NCBI GenBank assembly: GCA_001724985.1
Contig: MEEW01000003.1
Span: 1-40,951, forward strand
Direction: 5' to 3'
Length of the DNA: 40,951 nt
Origin: Phenylobacterium sp. SCN 69-14
Lineage (GTDB): Bacteria > Pseudomonadota > Alphaproteobacteria > Caulobacterales > Caulobacteraceae
Shown: positions 18,333-28,149 of the stretch, piece after piece
How the letters are laid out: each line of letters starts with the position of its first letter
How positions within the stretch are numbered: position 1 is the first letter of the stretch
Made by a program: the position numbers and the translations under genes
Notes under the pieces: generated by a model
Seen by the model: only the letters and a program-made list of their open reading frames with translations
Told to the model about the DNA's origin: nothing
Database searches by the model: none

Positions 18333-18809
18333 ATGGATCTGACCTTCCGCGTGACCGCCCGCATCGCCAGGCCGGTGGCCGAGGTGTTCGAGGCCGTCGT
18401 CAATCCGGCCGAGCTGTCGCGCTACTTCACCACCGGCGGCGCCAAGGGCCGCATCGAGACCGGCGCGACCGTCTATTGGGACTTCGCCGACTTCCCGGGC
18501 GCCTTCCCGGTCTGGGTGAAGGAGGTGGTCCCGCAGCAGAAAATCGTCTTCGAATGGGCGGCGAGCGAAGGCCAGCCCGACGACGGCGCGCCCGTCACGA
18601 CCGTCGGCTACAACACCACCGTGACCATGACCTTCGAGCCGCTCGACGACGGCCGCACCCTGGTCGCCATCGAAGAGCACGGCTGGAAGGAGACCCCGGC
18701 CGGCCTCAAGGCCTCGTACGGCAACTGCCAGGGCTGGAGCCAGATGCAGTGCGCGATGAAGGCCTGGCTCGAGCACGGCCTCAACCTGCGCGAGGGCATG
18801 TACAAATAG
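18333..18809 (+). CDS. SRPBCC/AHSA1 (START-like) domain protein
   Basis: IARPVAEVFEA, KIVFEW, GWSQM...KAWLE. AGGAG RBS. Confidence 0.85.
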   Translation: MDLTFRVTARIARPVAEVFEAVVNPAELSRYFTTGGAKGRIETGATVYWDFADFPGAFPVWVKEVVPQQKIVFEWAASEGQPDDGAPVTTVGYNTTVTMTFEPLDDGRTLVAIEEHGWKETPAGLKASYGNCQGWSQMQCAMKAWLEHGLNLREGMYK

Positions 18810-18880
18810 CGCCGAAAACCGCTGGCGTCGGCGCGTCCGACGGAGGAGATTGCCCGCCCAAATCAGACAAGGGGCGGAAA

Positions 18881-19405
18881 ATGGCGATCTCTCTCTACGA
18901 CGTCAGCGTGGCTGCGTTTCTCCAGACGGTGGGCGGCGTGGCCGGCTTCCTCGAGCGGGGACTGGCCCACTGCCAGGACAATGGGATCGACCCGCAGGAG
19001 ATCGTGACCTCGAAGATGTGCGAGGACATGTTCGACTTCCGCTTCCAGGTGATCTCGGTCGCCCACCACTCGCTGGGCGCCATCGAGGGTGTGAAGGCCG
19101 GCGTCTTCTCGCCGGGCGGCGACCAGGCCGCCCAGGACCTGCCGGCGCTGATCGCGCTCATCAAGGACACCCAGGCCAGGCTGGCGGCGATCAAGCCGGA
19201 CGAGATCAACGCCTACGAGGGCAAGGACGTGTTCTTCGAGTTCCGCGGCACGAAGATCCCGTTCACGGCCGAGAACTTCCTGATGTCGTTCTCGACCCCG
19301 AACCTGCACTTCCACGCCACCACCGCCTACGACCTGCTCCGCGCCCGCGGCGTGCCGATCGGCAAGCGCGACTATATGGGCCAGTTGCGCATGAAGATGG
19401 GCTGA
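18881..19405 (+). CDS. DUF1993 family protein
   Basis: PNLHFHATTAYDLLR...GKRDY. Confidence 0.85.
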   Translation: MAISLYDVSVAAFLQTVGGVAGFLERGLAHCQDNGIDPQEIVTSKMCEDMFDFRFQVISVAHHSLGAIEGVKAGVFSPGGDQAAQDLPALIALIKDTQARLAAIKPDEINAYEGKDVFFEFRGTKIPFTAENFLMSFSTPNLHFHATTAYDLLRARGVPIGKRDYMGQLRMKMG

Positions 19406-19453
19406 GGACCCAGCCGGGAAGGCGCCCCCCTTCGTGGCAGGGGCGCCGCATCC

Positions 19454-19603
19454 AGGTGTCACCCCGGTTTGCGAAGCAAGACCGCGGCCCATGAACGCAG
19501 GCGGATCAGTTGGTCATGCCGCTCGTGACGTCAGGTTCTGAAAATCAGGTGTTCATGGATCCCGGACAAGCGCTCCGCGCTTTCCGGGACGACACGAGCA
19601 AGG
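19454..19603. repeat. Palindromic intergenic repeat (MITE/REP-like), copy A
   Basis: Near-identical to 37226-37352. Imperfect terminal IR GTGTCACCCCGG...CCGGGACGACAC with internal hairpins. Confidence 0.85.
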
Positions 19604-19630
19604 GCCCCGGGGCCGCCGCACGATGGGCGA

Positions 19631-20137
19631 TCACCCCTGCCCGACGCGCCCCGGCGCCGGCAGCACGTCGATCAGTTCGATGCGGAAGATCAGCACGCTG
19701 TTGGGCGGGATTTCGCCGGCGCCCTCCTCGCCGTAGCCCATGGCCGGCGGGACGTAGAGGACCCACTCGTCGCCCGGCCGCATGAGCTGCAGGGCTTCCT
19801 TCCAGGCCGGGATCAGGGCCGGCAGCGGCATGGCCGCCGGCTGGCCGCGTTCGTAGGAGGAATCGAAGATGGTCCCGTCGACCAGCTTGCCTTCGTAATG
19901 GACCTTCACCTCGTCGTCTGGGCCGGGCTTGAGGCCGCTGGCCGGCCCTGAGCGGACGATCTTGTACTGCACGCCCGACGGCAGGGTCTGGACCCCCGCG
20001 GCCTTGGCGTTGGCGTCCATATAGGCCTTGGCCTCGGCGGCGGCCTTGGCCAGCACCGCCGGGTCGGCGGTGGCCGCGCCGCGGTTGCAGGCGGCCAGCA
20101 GCAGGGCGACGGCCACGGCGGAAAGAACGCGCTTCAT
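19631..20137 (-). CDS. FKBP-type peptidyl-prolyl isomerase (lipoprotein)
   Basis: LLAAC lipobox, VKVHYEG, FDSSY, IPPNSVLIFRIEL. Confidence 0.93.
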   Translation of the reverse strand: MKRVLSAVAVALLLAACNRGAATADPAVLAKAAAEAKAYMDANAKAAGVQTLPSGVQYKIVRSGPASGLKPGPDDEVKVHYEGKLVDGTIFDSSYERGQPAAMPLPALIPAWKEALQLMRPGDEWVLYVPPAMGYGEEGAGEIPPNSVLIFRIELIDVLPAPGRVGQG

Positions 20138-20150
20138 CTCGGTGTCCCTC

Positions 20151-21353
20151 TCAGACGGCGCGCGGCGGATAGCCGTGCTCGCGCAGGGCGTCCATGATTT
20201 CCTGCGTATGCTGGGCGTCGCGGGTCTCGATCATGATGTCGAACTCCGCGCCCTTGGCCGGCACGTCGAGGGCCAGGCGGTTGTGGGCCACCTCGATGAT
20301 ATTGGCCCCCATCTGGCCGATCACCGCCGAGACGGTCGCCAGCAGGCCCGGCCGGTCGTCGCCGATGATCCGCAAGCTGACCAGCCGCTGGTCGCGCACC
20401 AGTTCGCGCGTCAGCACCGAGGCCAGCAGGCGGGTGTCGATATTGCCGCCGGTGACGATCAACCCCGCCTTCTTGCCCTTGAACCTGTCCGGATAGGCCA
20501 GAAGGGCGGCTAGGGACGCCGCGCCCGCGCCCTCGACCACCGTCTTCTCGACATTGCAGTAGAGCGCCACCGCCCGCTCGAAATGCGGCTCCTCGATCAG
20601 CAGCACCTCGTCGATCAGCGGCCGGGCGATGGCGTAGGACAGCTCGCCCACCTGCTTGACCGCGATGCCCTCGGCGATGGTCGCCCCGCCGCTGGCGCCG
20701 TTCACGCCGCGCATCTTGGCGGTGAAGGATGGATACATCGCCGGCTCGACGCCGATCACCTCGATCCCCGGGTTCAGCGACTTGGCCGCCGTCGCGCAGC
20801 CGGCGATCAGCCCGCCGCCGCCGATCGGGATCGGCAGGACCTCCAGGTCGGGAACATCCTCCAGCATCTCCAGGGCGACCGTGCCCTGCCCGGCCATCAC
20901 CTGCAGGTCGTTGAACGGATGGACGAAGGCCAGGTCCTGTTCGTCGCGCAGCCGCATCGCCACGGCCGAGGCCTCGTCGTAATTGTCGCCCTCCAGCACC
21001 ACCTGGGCGCCGTGGCCGCGGGTCTGCTGTACCTTCACGAAGGGGGTCGAGCGCGGCATCACGATGGTCACCGGAATGCCCAGCCGCGCGGCGTGATAGG
21101 CCAGGCCCTGGCTGTGATTGCCGGCCGAGGCGGCGATGACCCCGCGCCCCCGCTCGTTGTCGGAGAGTTGCAGCAGGGTGTTGAGCGCCCCCCGTTCCTT
21201 GTAGGCGGCGGTGAACTGCAGGTTCTCGAACTTCACCCACACCTCGGCGCCGGTGATCTCCGACAAGGTCCGCGAATGGCGGCAGGGCGTGCGCTCGATC
21301 CGCCCTTTCAGGCGGTCGGCGGCGGCGCGGATGTCGTCGAGGGAAAGCGTCAT
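20151..21353 (-). CDS. Threonine ammonia-lyase with C-terminal ACT domain
   Basis: KFENLQFTAAYKERGA, SAGNHSQG, PIGGGGL, TGGNID, DRPGLL. Confidence 0.92.
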   Translation of the reverse strand: MTLSLDDIRAAADRLKGRIERTPCRHSRTLSEITGAEVWVKFENLQFTAAYKERGALNTLLQLSDNERGRGVIAASAGNHSQGLAYHAARLGIPVTIVMPRSTPFVKVQQTRGHGAQVVLEGDNYDEASAVAMRLRDEQDLAFVHPFNDLQVMAGQGTVALEMLEDVPDLEVLPIPIGGGGLIAGCATAAKSLNPGIEVIGVEPAMYPSFTAKMRGVNGASGGATIAEGIAVKQVGELSYAIARPLIDEVLLIEEPHFERAVALYCNVEKTVVEGAGAASLAALLAYPDRFKGKKAGLIVTGGNIDTRLLASVLTRELVRDQRLVSLRIIGDDRPGLLATVSAVIGQMGANIIEVAHNRLALDVPAKGAEFDIMIETRDAQHTQEIMDALREHGYPPRAV

Positions 21354-21438
21354 GGTAAAGCCGATATGGGAGGTGCGCCACGTCTAGCGGCGCAAGACCC
21401 GGACCGCAATGCAGGCGGGGCGATCGCCGCCTCGCCGG

Positions 21439-22521
21439 TCAGCTCAGGCCGCGCCACAGGTCCATGCGCCGCATGGCCTTTCCGGGCAGGGCCGACACCC
21501 GCCCCAGCGGCAGCGCCTCAGCCGCCCGCCGCACGCCATAGGCCGCGCGCCTGGCCAGCAGCGCCGGCGAGGGCAGGCCGACGAAGCCGTGCGTCACCCA
21601 CTGGCCGCCATTGGAAAGCTCGCGCTTGAACCGATAGTCGCCCGGGCCGAGGTCGAGCCGGGTATAGGGCGTCCCGTCCATCCAGCGCAGGATGTCCTGG
21701 AACAGCAGCAGGCCCGGCGAATAGCGGTCGAACCGCGGATCGTGGGCGATGATCCAGCCGTGGATGGTCCGCCGGCCATGCAGGTGCAGGTGGACCGCCG
21801 CCAGTTCGCCGCCCAGGTGCAGGGTGAACAGGCCCGCCCCGAAGTCCGGCTCGCGGCGCTCGAACAGCCGCCTCAGCAGCTCCAGCGTCCAGGGCGTCTC
21901 GAAGATGTCGGTCTGCCCGGTGGCGCGGTACTGCGCGCTCTTCCAGGCCCGAAGCCGGTCGAAGTCGGCGTCCGAGCCGGAAAAGGCCTGGAACTGCGCC
22001 GGCCCGACCTCGCGCTCGGCCTTGCGCCGCTTCTTGTCGCAGTCCTTGAGCACCGAGGTTCCCGCCGCCCGGCGCTCGGCCTCATAGGCCTGGTAACCGT
22101 CGTCCACGTCGATGAGGTAGGAGAGGTCGCGCCCCCGGGCATGGCGCGCGAACGGCGCCTGCTGCTCGAGCATGAAGCTGAAGTCGAGCCGGTGAACGCC
22201 CAGCGCCGCCACCAGATCGCGCGGGTCGAGGGACAGGTCCGGCTCGGCGACCAGGCCCTGATAGTCGCACATCGGGGCGCCGACCGGCATGGCGATCACC
22301 GACCCGACCCGGGCCGGAAAGAAGCCGACCTCGCGCCCACCGTCCTTCAGGATCGCCACGCGCACGCTGCGCACGCCCTGGCGCTGCACGCGCTCGACGG
22401 CCTGCGCCCATTGCGGCGACAGGAACGGCGTGTCCAGGGCGATGTCGGCGGCCTGCAGCTCGGTCCAGCGCGCGATGCTGGCGGGCGTCAGGTCCTGCGG
22501 CCGAACGATCTCGAAGTCCAA
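21439..22521 (-). CDS. GNAT acyltransferase of the CelD/BcsL (HfsK-like) type
   Basis: PFLSPQW, CDYQG, YSPGLLL, LDLGPGDYRFK. TTG start inferred (ORF open to 22575). Confidence 0.8.
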   Translation of the reverse strand: MDFEIVRPQDLTPASIARWTELQAADIALDTPFLSPQWAQAVERVQRQGVRSVRVAILKDGGREVGFFPARVGSVIAMPVGAPMCDYQGLVAEPDLSLDPRDLVAALGVHRLDFSFMLEQQAPFARHARGRDLSYLIDVDDGYQAYEAERRAAGTSVLKDCDKKRRKAEREVGPAQFQAFSGSDADFDRLRAWKSAQYRATGQTDIFETPWTLELLRRLFERREPDFGAGLFTLHLGGELAAVHLHLHGRRTIHGWIIAHDPRFDRYSPGLLLFQDILRWMDGTPYTRLDLGPGDYRFKRELSNGGQWVTHGFVGLPSPALLARRAAYGVRRAAEALPLGRVSALPGKAMRRMDLWRGLS

Positions 22522-22602
22522 GAAGATGCTCCGGCGCTTCCCGCGTCTCGAAAGTGCGCGGAGCCTAGCAGCCAACTCTTTCCCGGAGGTTGCCGCCGGG
22601 CG

Positions 22603-23664
22603 CTAAAGCAGGTCTTCGCGGCCGGCCTTCCGCACCGCCTCGACGGCGGCGCGCGGCGCGCCCGGCGCGTCCTTGCGGGTCACCAGCACCACGCCGTTCT
22701 CGACCACCACCACCAGGTCCTCCACCCCCGCCAGCACGACGACAGGTCCGTCCGTGCGAGCCAGGCACCCTGAGCTGTCGACGGCGATCACCTCGCCGTC
22801 CATCACGTCGCCGCGTTCGGTCTTGGCCGACAGCTCCCACAGCGCGCGCCAGTTGCCGACGTCGGCCCAGCCGATATCGGCCTCCACCACCCTGGCCCGG
22901 CCCGTCCGCTCCATGATCGCCACGTCGACCGCCACGCTGGGCGCCTGCAGGAAGGCCGGGCCCAGGACGACCACGTCGCCATGACGCGCCGCGCCCGCCA
23001 GCCCCGCCTCGGCCGCCCGCGCCACCTCCGGCGCCAGCCGCCGCGCCTCGTCCAGGAAGGCGCCGGCCCGGAACAGGAACATCCCGCCGTTCCAGCTATA
23101 GTCCGGATCGGCGACGAAGCGCCTTGCGGTCTCCAGGTCGGGCTTCTCCGCGAAGCTCACCACCTTGCGCGCCGGCCCCTCGCCCTCGGCACGGATATAG
23201 CCGTAGATCGTCGCCGGCCCGGCCGGCCGCAGCCCCAGCAGCACGATGTCGCCGGCGACGGCCGCCTCCCGGCCCGCCTCGATCGCCCGGTGCAGCGCCG
23301 CCACGTCGGCGACCAGGTTGTCGGCGTGCATCAGCACCATCAGCGCGTCCGGATCGCTGGCGGCGCCGAAGGCCGCCGCCGCCACGGCCGCCGCCGCCGT
23401 GTTGCGCGGCGCGGGCTCGGTCAGGATCGCCGCCGGCGGGACGCCGGCCTCCGCCAGTTGCGCGCGGGCCAGGTCCGCGTGCGCCGCCGCGCAGATCACC
23501 ACCGGCGGGGCGAACATCTCGCCGGTCAGGCGCTGGGCGGTGTCCTGGATCAGGCTGCGCTCGCCGCCCAGGCGGTGGAACTGCTTGGGCCGCGCGCGGC
23601 GCGACAGCGGCCAGAGCCGCGTGCCCGCGCCCCCCGACATCAGCACGGGAATGATCTTGCCCAA
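22603..23664 (-). CDS. Mannose-1-phosphate guanylyltransferase (no C-terminal PMI domain)
   Basis: SGGAGTRLWPLSR, PKQF, EPAPRNTA, YGYI, FAEKP, WADVG. Start uncertain (23664 or 23703). Confidence 0.85.
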   Translation of the reverse strand: MGKIIPVLMSGGAGTRLWPLSRRARPKQFHRLGGERSLIQDTAQRLTGEMFAPPVVICAAAHADLARAQLAEAGVPPAAILTEPAPRNTAAAAVAAAAFGAASDPDALMVLMHADNLVADVAALHRAIEAGREAAVAGDIVLLGLRPAGPATIYGYIRAEGEGPARKVVSFAEKPDLETARRFVADPDYSWNGGMFLFRAGAFLDEARRLAPEVARAAEAGLAGAARHGDVVVLGPAFLQAPSVAVDVAIMERTGRARVVEADIGWADVGNWRALWELSAKTERGDVMDGEVIAVDSSGCLARTDGPVVVLAGVEDLVVVVENGVVLVTRKDAPGAPRAAVEAVRKAGREDLL

Positions 23665-23772
23665 CTCGACCTCGGCGCTGGAATCTCCGTCCGGGCGGAC
23701 CATAGCCTCCGCCGCGGCGAAACGCGAAAGCCCGAGCCACGCCGCGAGAGGCGGGGTATAAATCGCGCCATC

Positions 23773-24288
23773 ATGACCACGCCCCGACCCGCCCTGTTCC
23801 TCGACCGCGACGGCGTCCTCAACGAGGACCCCGGCTATGTGCACCGCTGGGAAGACTTCCGCTGGATCCCCGGCGCGCGCGAGGCGGTCGCCGCCTTCAA
23901 CCGCGCCGGCTGGTGGGTGTTCGTTGTGACCAACCAGTCGGGGGTCGGCCGCGGCTACTACGCCGAGAACGACGTCATCGCCCTGCACGCCAGGATGAGC
24001 GAGAGCCTGGCCGAGGTCGATGCGCGCATCGACGCCTATTACTACTGCCCGCACCATCCCGAGGCGCGGGTCGAGGCCTATCGCCATCCCGATCCGCCGG
24101 ACCGCAAGCCCAATCCCGGCATGATCTTGCGGGCGCTGGGCGAATGGCCGGTGGACCTGCCCCGCTCGATCATGGTCGGCGACAAGGCGTCCGACCTGGA
24201 GGCCGCCCGCCGCGCCGGCCTGCGCAGCCTGCACTTCACCGGCGGCGACCTGGCGCGGTTCCTGGAAGCCGAGGTCGTCGCCGCATGA
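23773..24288 (+). CDS. gmhB: D,D-heptose 1,7-bisphosphate phosphatase (HAD IIIA)
   Basis: FLDRDGVLN, VTNQSG, CPHHP, RKPNPGM, MVGDK. Confidence 0.88.
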   Translation: MTTPRPALFLDRDGVLNEDPGYVHRWEDFRWIPGAREAVAAFNRAGWWVFVVTNQSGVGRGYYAENDVIALHARMSESLAEVDARIDAYYYCPHHPEARVEAYRHPDPPDRKPNPGMILRALGEWPVDLPRSIMVGDKASDLEAARRAGLRSLHFTGGDLARFLEAEVVAA

Positions 24289-25205
24289 GTCCGCCCATGA
24301 TCGAGGTCGCCGGCGTGGTCTATGACTACCCGGCCGCCCGCGCCCTGCACGGCGTCGGCTTTTCGGTGGAGGCCGGGTCGGTCCTGGCCATGGTCGGCCC
24401 CAACGGCGCGGGCAAGACCACCCTGCTGCGCTGCATGGCCGCGCTCGATTCCCCGACCGAGGGGAAGATCCGCATCGCCGGCCTCGACACCCAGGACGAT
24501 CCGCGCGGGGTGCACGAGGCCATCGGCTACCTGCCGGACTTCTTCGGCCTCTATGACGATCTCACCGTGCGGCGCGCCCTGACCTATGCGGCCCGCTCGC
24601 GCGGAATGGACGCGGCGGCGACCCCGGCGGCGGTCGAGGAGGCCGCGGCCCGCGTCCAGCTCTCCGACCGCATGGAGACGCGGGCCGGCGAGCTTTCCCG
24701 CGGCCTGCGCCAGCGGCTCGCCATCGGCCAGACCATCGTCCACCGGCCGCGGGTGCTGCTGCTGGACGAACCGGCCGCCGGCCTCGATCCCGAGGCCCGC
24801 CGCGCGCTCTCCGAGCTCATCCTGCGCCTGGCGCGCGAGGGCATGACCATCGTCGTCTCCTCCCACATCCTCGCCGAGCTGGAGGACTACTCGACCCGGA
24901 TGCTGATGATCCGCGACGGCAAGGTGGCGGGCGGAGGCGTCGTCGCCGCCGGCGCCGGAACGCGCGACGGCCTGCGCGTGGAGGCGAGCTTCGCCGACGC
25001 GCCCGCCGACCTGGCCGCGCGGCTGGCGGCCCTTGGCCTCACGGTCGAACGGCTCGACGGCGAGGTCGCGGTCATCCTCGCGCCCGAGGGCGAGGACGAC
25101 TCGGCCCTGCTCGCCCGCCTGGTCGGCGCCGGCCTGAAGGTCCGCGCCTTCCAGCCGGTCCGCCGCACGCTGGAAGACGCCTATCTGGCCGAGGTCGCCC
25201 CATGA
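24285..25205 (+). CDS. ABC transporter ATP-binding protein (ABC-2 type)
   Basis: GPNGAGKT, LSRGLRQR, LLDEPAAGLD, SSH. Confidence 0.9.
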   Translation: MSPPMIEVAGVVYDYPAARALHGVGFSVEAGSVLAMVGPNGAGKTTLLRCMAALDSPTEGKIRIAGLDTQDDPRGVHEAIGYLPDFFGLYDDLTVRRALTYAARSRGMDAAATPAAVEEAAARVQLSDRMETRAGELSRGLRQRLAIGQTIVHRPRVLLLDEPAAGLDPEARRALSELILRLAREGMTIVVSSHILAELEDYSTRMLMIRDGKVAGGGVVAAGAGTRDGLRVEASFADAPADLAARLAALGLTVERLDGEVAVILAPEGEDDSALLARLVGAGLKVRAFQPVRRTLEDAYLAEVAP

Positions 25206-26533
25206 ACCCTGAATTCCAGCGCAACCTCTGGCTGGAGGCCTCGCCCCGCCGCCTCGCCTGGGCCGGCGTGGTGCTGCTGCTGATCTATGGCGCGACGCTC
25301 GCGGCCACCCGCGACAATCCCCTGGGGCCGCTGCCCGCCTTGGGCGGGGTCGGGGCCGCGGTCTTCGTCGCCTGCGCCATGATCTGGGGCGCGCGCGCCG
25401 CGGCCGGTTCGGTGCTGTCCGAGATTTCCGACCGCACCTGGGACTTCCAGCGGCTGTCGGCGCTCGACCCCTGGGCCATGACCTGGGGCAAGCTGGCCGG
25501 GGGGGCGAGCCTGGCCTGGCTGTGCGGCCTGACCGGCCTGCTGCTCTCGGTGATCGCCGGCCTGCAGCGCGGCTTGCCAGGCCTCGGGGTCTCGGTGGTG
25601 TTCATGGTCGCCCTGGCCGTCCTGCTGCAAGGCGTCTCGCTGGGCGCGGCGCTGATCGGGGTGCGCAAGGCCCGCGCCGAAGGCCGCGCCGCCCGGGCCG
25701 GCGGCGTGCTGGTCGGCCTGGTGGTCGGCTTCATGCTGCTGTCCTGGGTCGCCGGCTCCTCCGGCTTCCAGCACGGCGCCGGGCTGGAAGGCTTCCAGGC
25801 CCTGGCCAGCGCCCGCGGCTTCGTCGACTGGGGCGGCAAGATCTGGCCGGCCGACGGCTTCCGCGCGGTCGGGGTCTGCCTGTTCGCCGCCTGGGCGGTG
25901 ATCGGCGCCTGGCGGCTGATGCGACTGGAGCTGCAGATGCAGGCGAGCCCGCTGGTCTGGCCGGGCTTCCTGCTGTTCGTCGCGGTCTTCGCCGCCGGCT
26001 TCCCGCTGCGGACCGGCGGGCTGGGGGCCGCCCTGGTGACCGCCGCCCTGGCCGTCGCGCTCTGCGCCTATGCGGCGGCCTTCGCCGAGCCGGCCGACCG
26101 GGTGCGCGCCCGGCAGTTCCTGGCCGCGGCCCGCGTGCGAGACCTGCCGCGGGCCGGCCGCTTCGCGCCGGCGACGCTGGCGCCGTTGCTGCTCGCCGCC
26201 GTCCTGGTGCTGGCGGCCTTCGCGGCCGGCGCGCGCGAGGGGACGGGATTGCCCCAGGCCGGCGCCCTGATCGCCTTCCTGCTGCGCGACCTCGGGGTCA
26301 TCGCCTTCTGCCGCATGGGCCAGCGGCCCGAGCGGGGCGACTTCGCCGCCATCGTCGCCCTGGCCCTGCTCTACGGGGTCGGCGGGATCGTCGGCTGGTC
26401 GATGGGCGGCGCGCAGGGCGCGGCCCTGTTCGCGCCCTTGAGCGCCGCGCCGCTGCTCAGCCTCGTCTCCGGCCTCGTCCAGGCGGGCGTCGCCTGGGCC
26501 CTGGCCGCGCGGCGCATCCGCAGGATGGATTAG
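25202..26533 (+). CDS. Multi-pass membrane protein, probable ABC permease
   Basis: Many hydrophobic segments. ATGA overlap with the ATPase gene. Confidence 0.75.
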   Translation: MNPEFQRNLWLEASPRRLAWAGVVLLLIYGATLAATRDNPLGPLPALGGVGAAVFVACAMIWGARAAAGSVLSEISDRTWDFQRLSALDPWAMTWGKLAGGASLAWLCGLTGLLLSVIAGLQRGLPGLGVSVVFMVALAVLLQGVSLGAALIGVRKARAEGRAARAGGVLVGLVVGFMLLSWVAGSSGFQHGAGLEGFQALASARGFVDWGGKIWPADGFRAVGVCLFAAWAVIGAWRLMRLELQMQASPLVWPGFLLFVAVFAAGFPLRTGGLGAALVTAALAVALCAYAAAFAEPADRVRARQFLAAARVRDLPRAGRFAPATLAPLLLAAVLVLAAFAAGAREGTGLPQAGALIAFLLRDLGVIAFCRMGQRPERGDFAAIVALALLYGVGGIVGWSMGGAQGAALFAPLSAAPLLSLVSGLVQAGVAWALAARRIRRMD

Positions 26534-28149
26534 CGCCCCTCGATCTGGGCCAGCATCCGCTCCAGACTGGCCAGTTCGTCGGCCTCGCCGGCCGGCTTGT
26601 CCCAGCGGATGCGGCTGATGCGCGGAAAGCGCATGGCCACGCCCGACTTGTGCCGGGTCGAGCGCTGCAGCCCCTCGAAGGCCACCTCGAACACCAGGCC
26701 GTGGCGAACATCGGCGCGCACCGCCCGCACCGGGCCGTAGCGGTCGACCGTATGGTCGCGCACATACTTGTCGATCGCCTTCAGCTCCTCGTCGGTGAAG
26801 CCGAAATAGGCCTTGCCGACCGGGGTCAGCACTCGCGCGCCGTCGACGGCCTGCGTCCAGACCCCGAAGGTGTAGTCGGAATAGAAGCTCGAGCGCTTGC
26901 CGTGCCCGCGCTGGGCGTACATCAGCACCGCGTCGATCAGGAACGGATCGCGCTTCCACTTGAACCAAGGCCCCTTCGGACGCCCGGCCTCGTAGGGGGA
27001 ATCCCAGCGCTTCAGCATCACGCCCTCGGCGACCTGCGGGTCGCCCGGCGGCGGCGCGGCGCGCAGGCCCGCCAGTTCCTCCCAGCTCTCGAAGGGCTGC
27101 AGCGGCGAAAGGTCGATGCGGGTGGTCTTCAGCCCGGCCACGAAGGCTTCCAGCCGCCGCCGCCGCTCGGCGAACGGCAGCGGACGCAGGTCCTCGCCGC
27201 CTTCGGAGAGCAGGTCGTAGGCCCGGACGCCGGCCGGATAGTCGGCCAGCATGGCGTGGGTGACGCTCTTGCGGTTCAGCCGCTGCTGCAGGTCCCCAAA
27301 GCCGGCGATCGCCCCCTCGCGCAGCACCAGCAGCTCCCCGTCGACGGCGCCCTCGAAGTCCAGCGCCTCCAGCACGTCGGGAAAGGCGCGCGAGATGTCG
27401 TCGCCGCTGCGGGCGTAGAGCCGGCGCGTCCCGCCTTCGCTGACCGCCTGGACGCGGATGCCGTCCCACTTCCATTCGGCGGCGTAGTCGGCCGGGTCGA
27501 GCTTTCCGAAGTCGACCGCCTCGTCCAGCGCCTGGGCCAGCATCACCGGCCGGAACCGGCCCGGCGCGTCCGAGGTCGGCCGCTCCGAGCGGCCCTCCAG
27601 CCAGGCGAACAGGTCGTCGTAAGGCGGGCGCAGGGCGTGCCAGACCTCCTCGACCTCCGCGGTCGCGACCGGCCCCAGTTCGGCCACCGCGGTCTTGGCC
27701 AGCCTGGCCGACACCCCGATCCGCAAGCCGCCGGTCATCAGCTTCAGCAGCGCCCAGCGCCCGGTGGGGTCCAGCGCGTCCAGCCAGCCCTCGATCAGCC
27801 GCTGGACCTCCGCGCGCGAGGCGTTGCGCAGGGCGTCGACCACCTCCGACAGCTCCGGCTCGCGATTGGCGCCCGGCCGCGCCGGCCAGACCAGGGCCAC
27901 CGTCTCGGCCAGGTCGCCCACATAGTCGTAGGACCAGCCGAACAGCACCGGGTCCATCCGCGCCTCCACCGCCTTGCGGATGAAGGCCGGCTTGGCGGCG
28001 TCGAACGTCAGGTCGCCGGTCAGGGCCGCCAGCGCCCAGCCACGGTCCGGGTCGGGCGCGCCTGCGAAATGGTCGCGCAGCAGGGTCAGCTTGGCCTTGC
28101 GCGAGGCGGTCAGCGACAGGCGATCCAGCAGTTCGGCGAAGGCGCGCAT
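26530..28149 (-). CDS. ATP-dependent DNA ligase (DNA-damage-response type)
   Basis: EWKWDGIR, EGVMLK, WFKWK, MRFPR. Confidence 0.93.
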   Translation of the reverse strand: MRAFAELLDRLSLTASRKAKLTLLRDHFAGAPDPDRGWALAALTGDLTFDAAKPAFIRKAVEARMDPVLFGWSYDYVGDLAETVALVWPARPGANREPELSEVVDALRNASRAEVQRLIEGWLDALDPTGRWALLKLMTGGLRIGVSARLAKTAVAELGPVATAEVEEVWHALRPPYDDLFAWLEGRSERPTSDAPGRFRPVMLAQALDEAVDFGKLDPADYAAEWKWDGIRVQAVSEGGTRRLYARSGDDISRAFPDVLEALDFEGAVDGELLVLREGAIAGFGDLQQRLNRKSVTHAMLADYPAGVRAYDLLSEGGEDLRPLPFAERRRRLEAFVAGLKTTRIDLSPLQPFESWEELAGLRAAPPPGDPQVAEGVMLKRWDSPYEAGRPKGPWFKWKRDPFLIDAVLMYAQRGHGKRSSFYSDYTFGVWTQAVDGARVLTPVGKAYFGFTDEELKAIDKYVRDHTVDRYGPVRAVRADVRHGLVFEVAFEGLQRSTRHKSGVAMRFPRISRIRWDKPAGEADELASLERMLAQIEGR

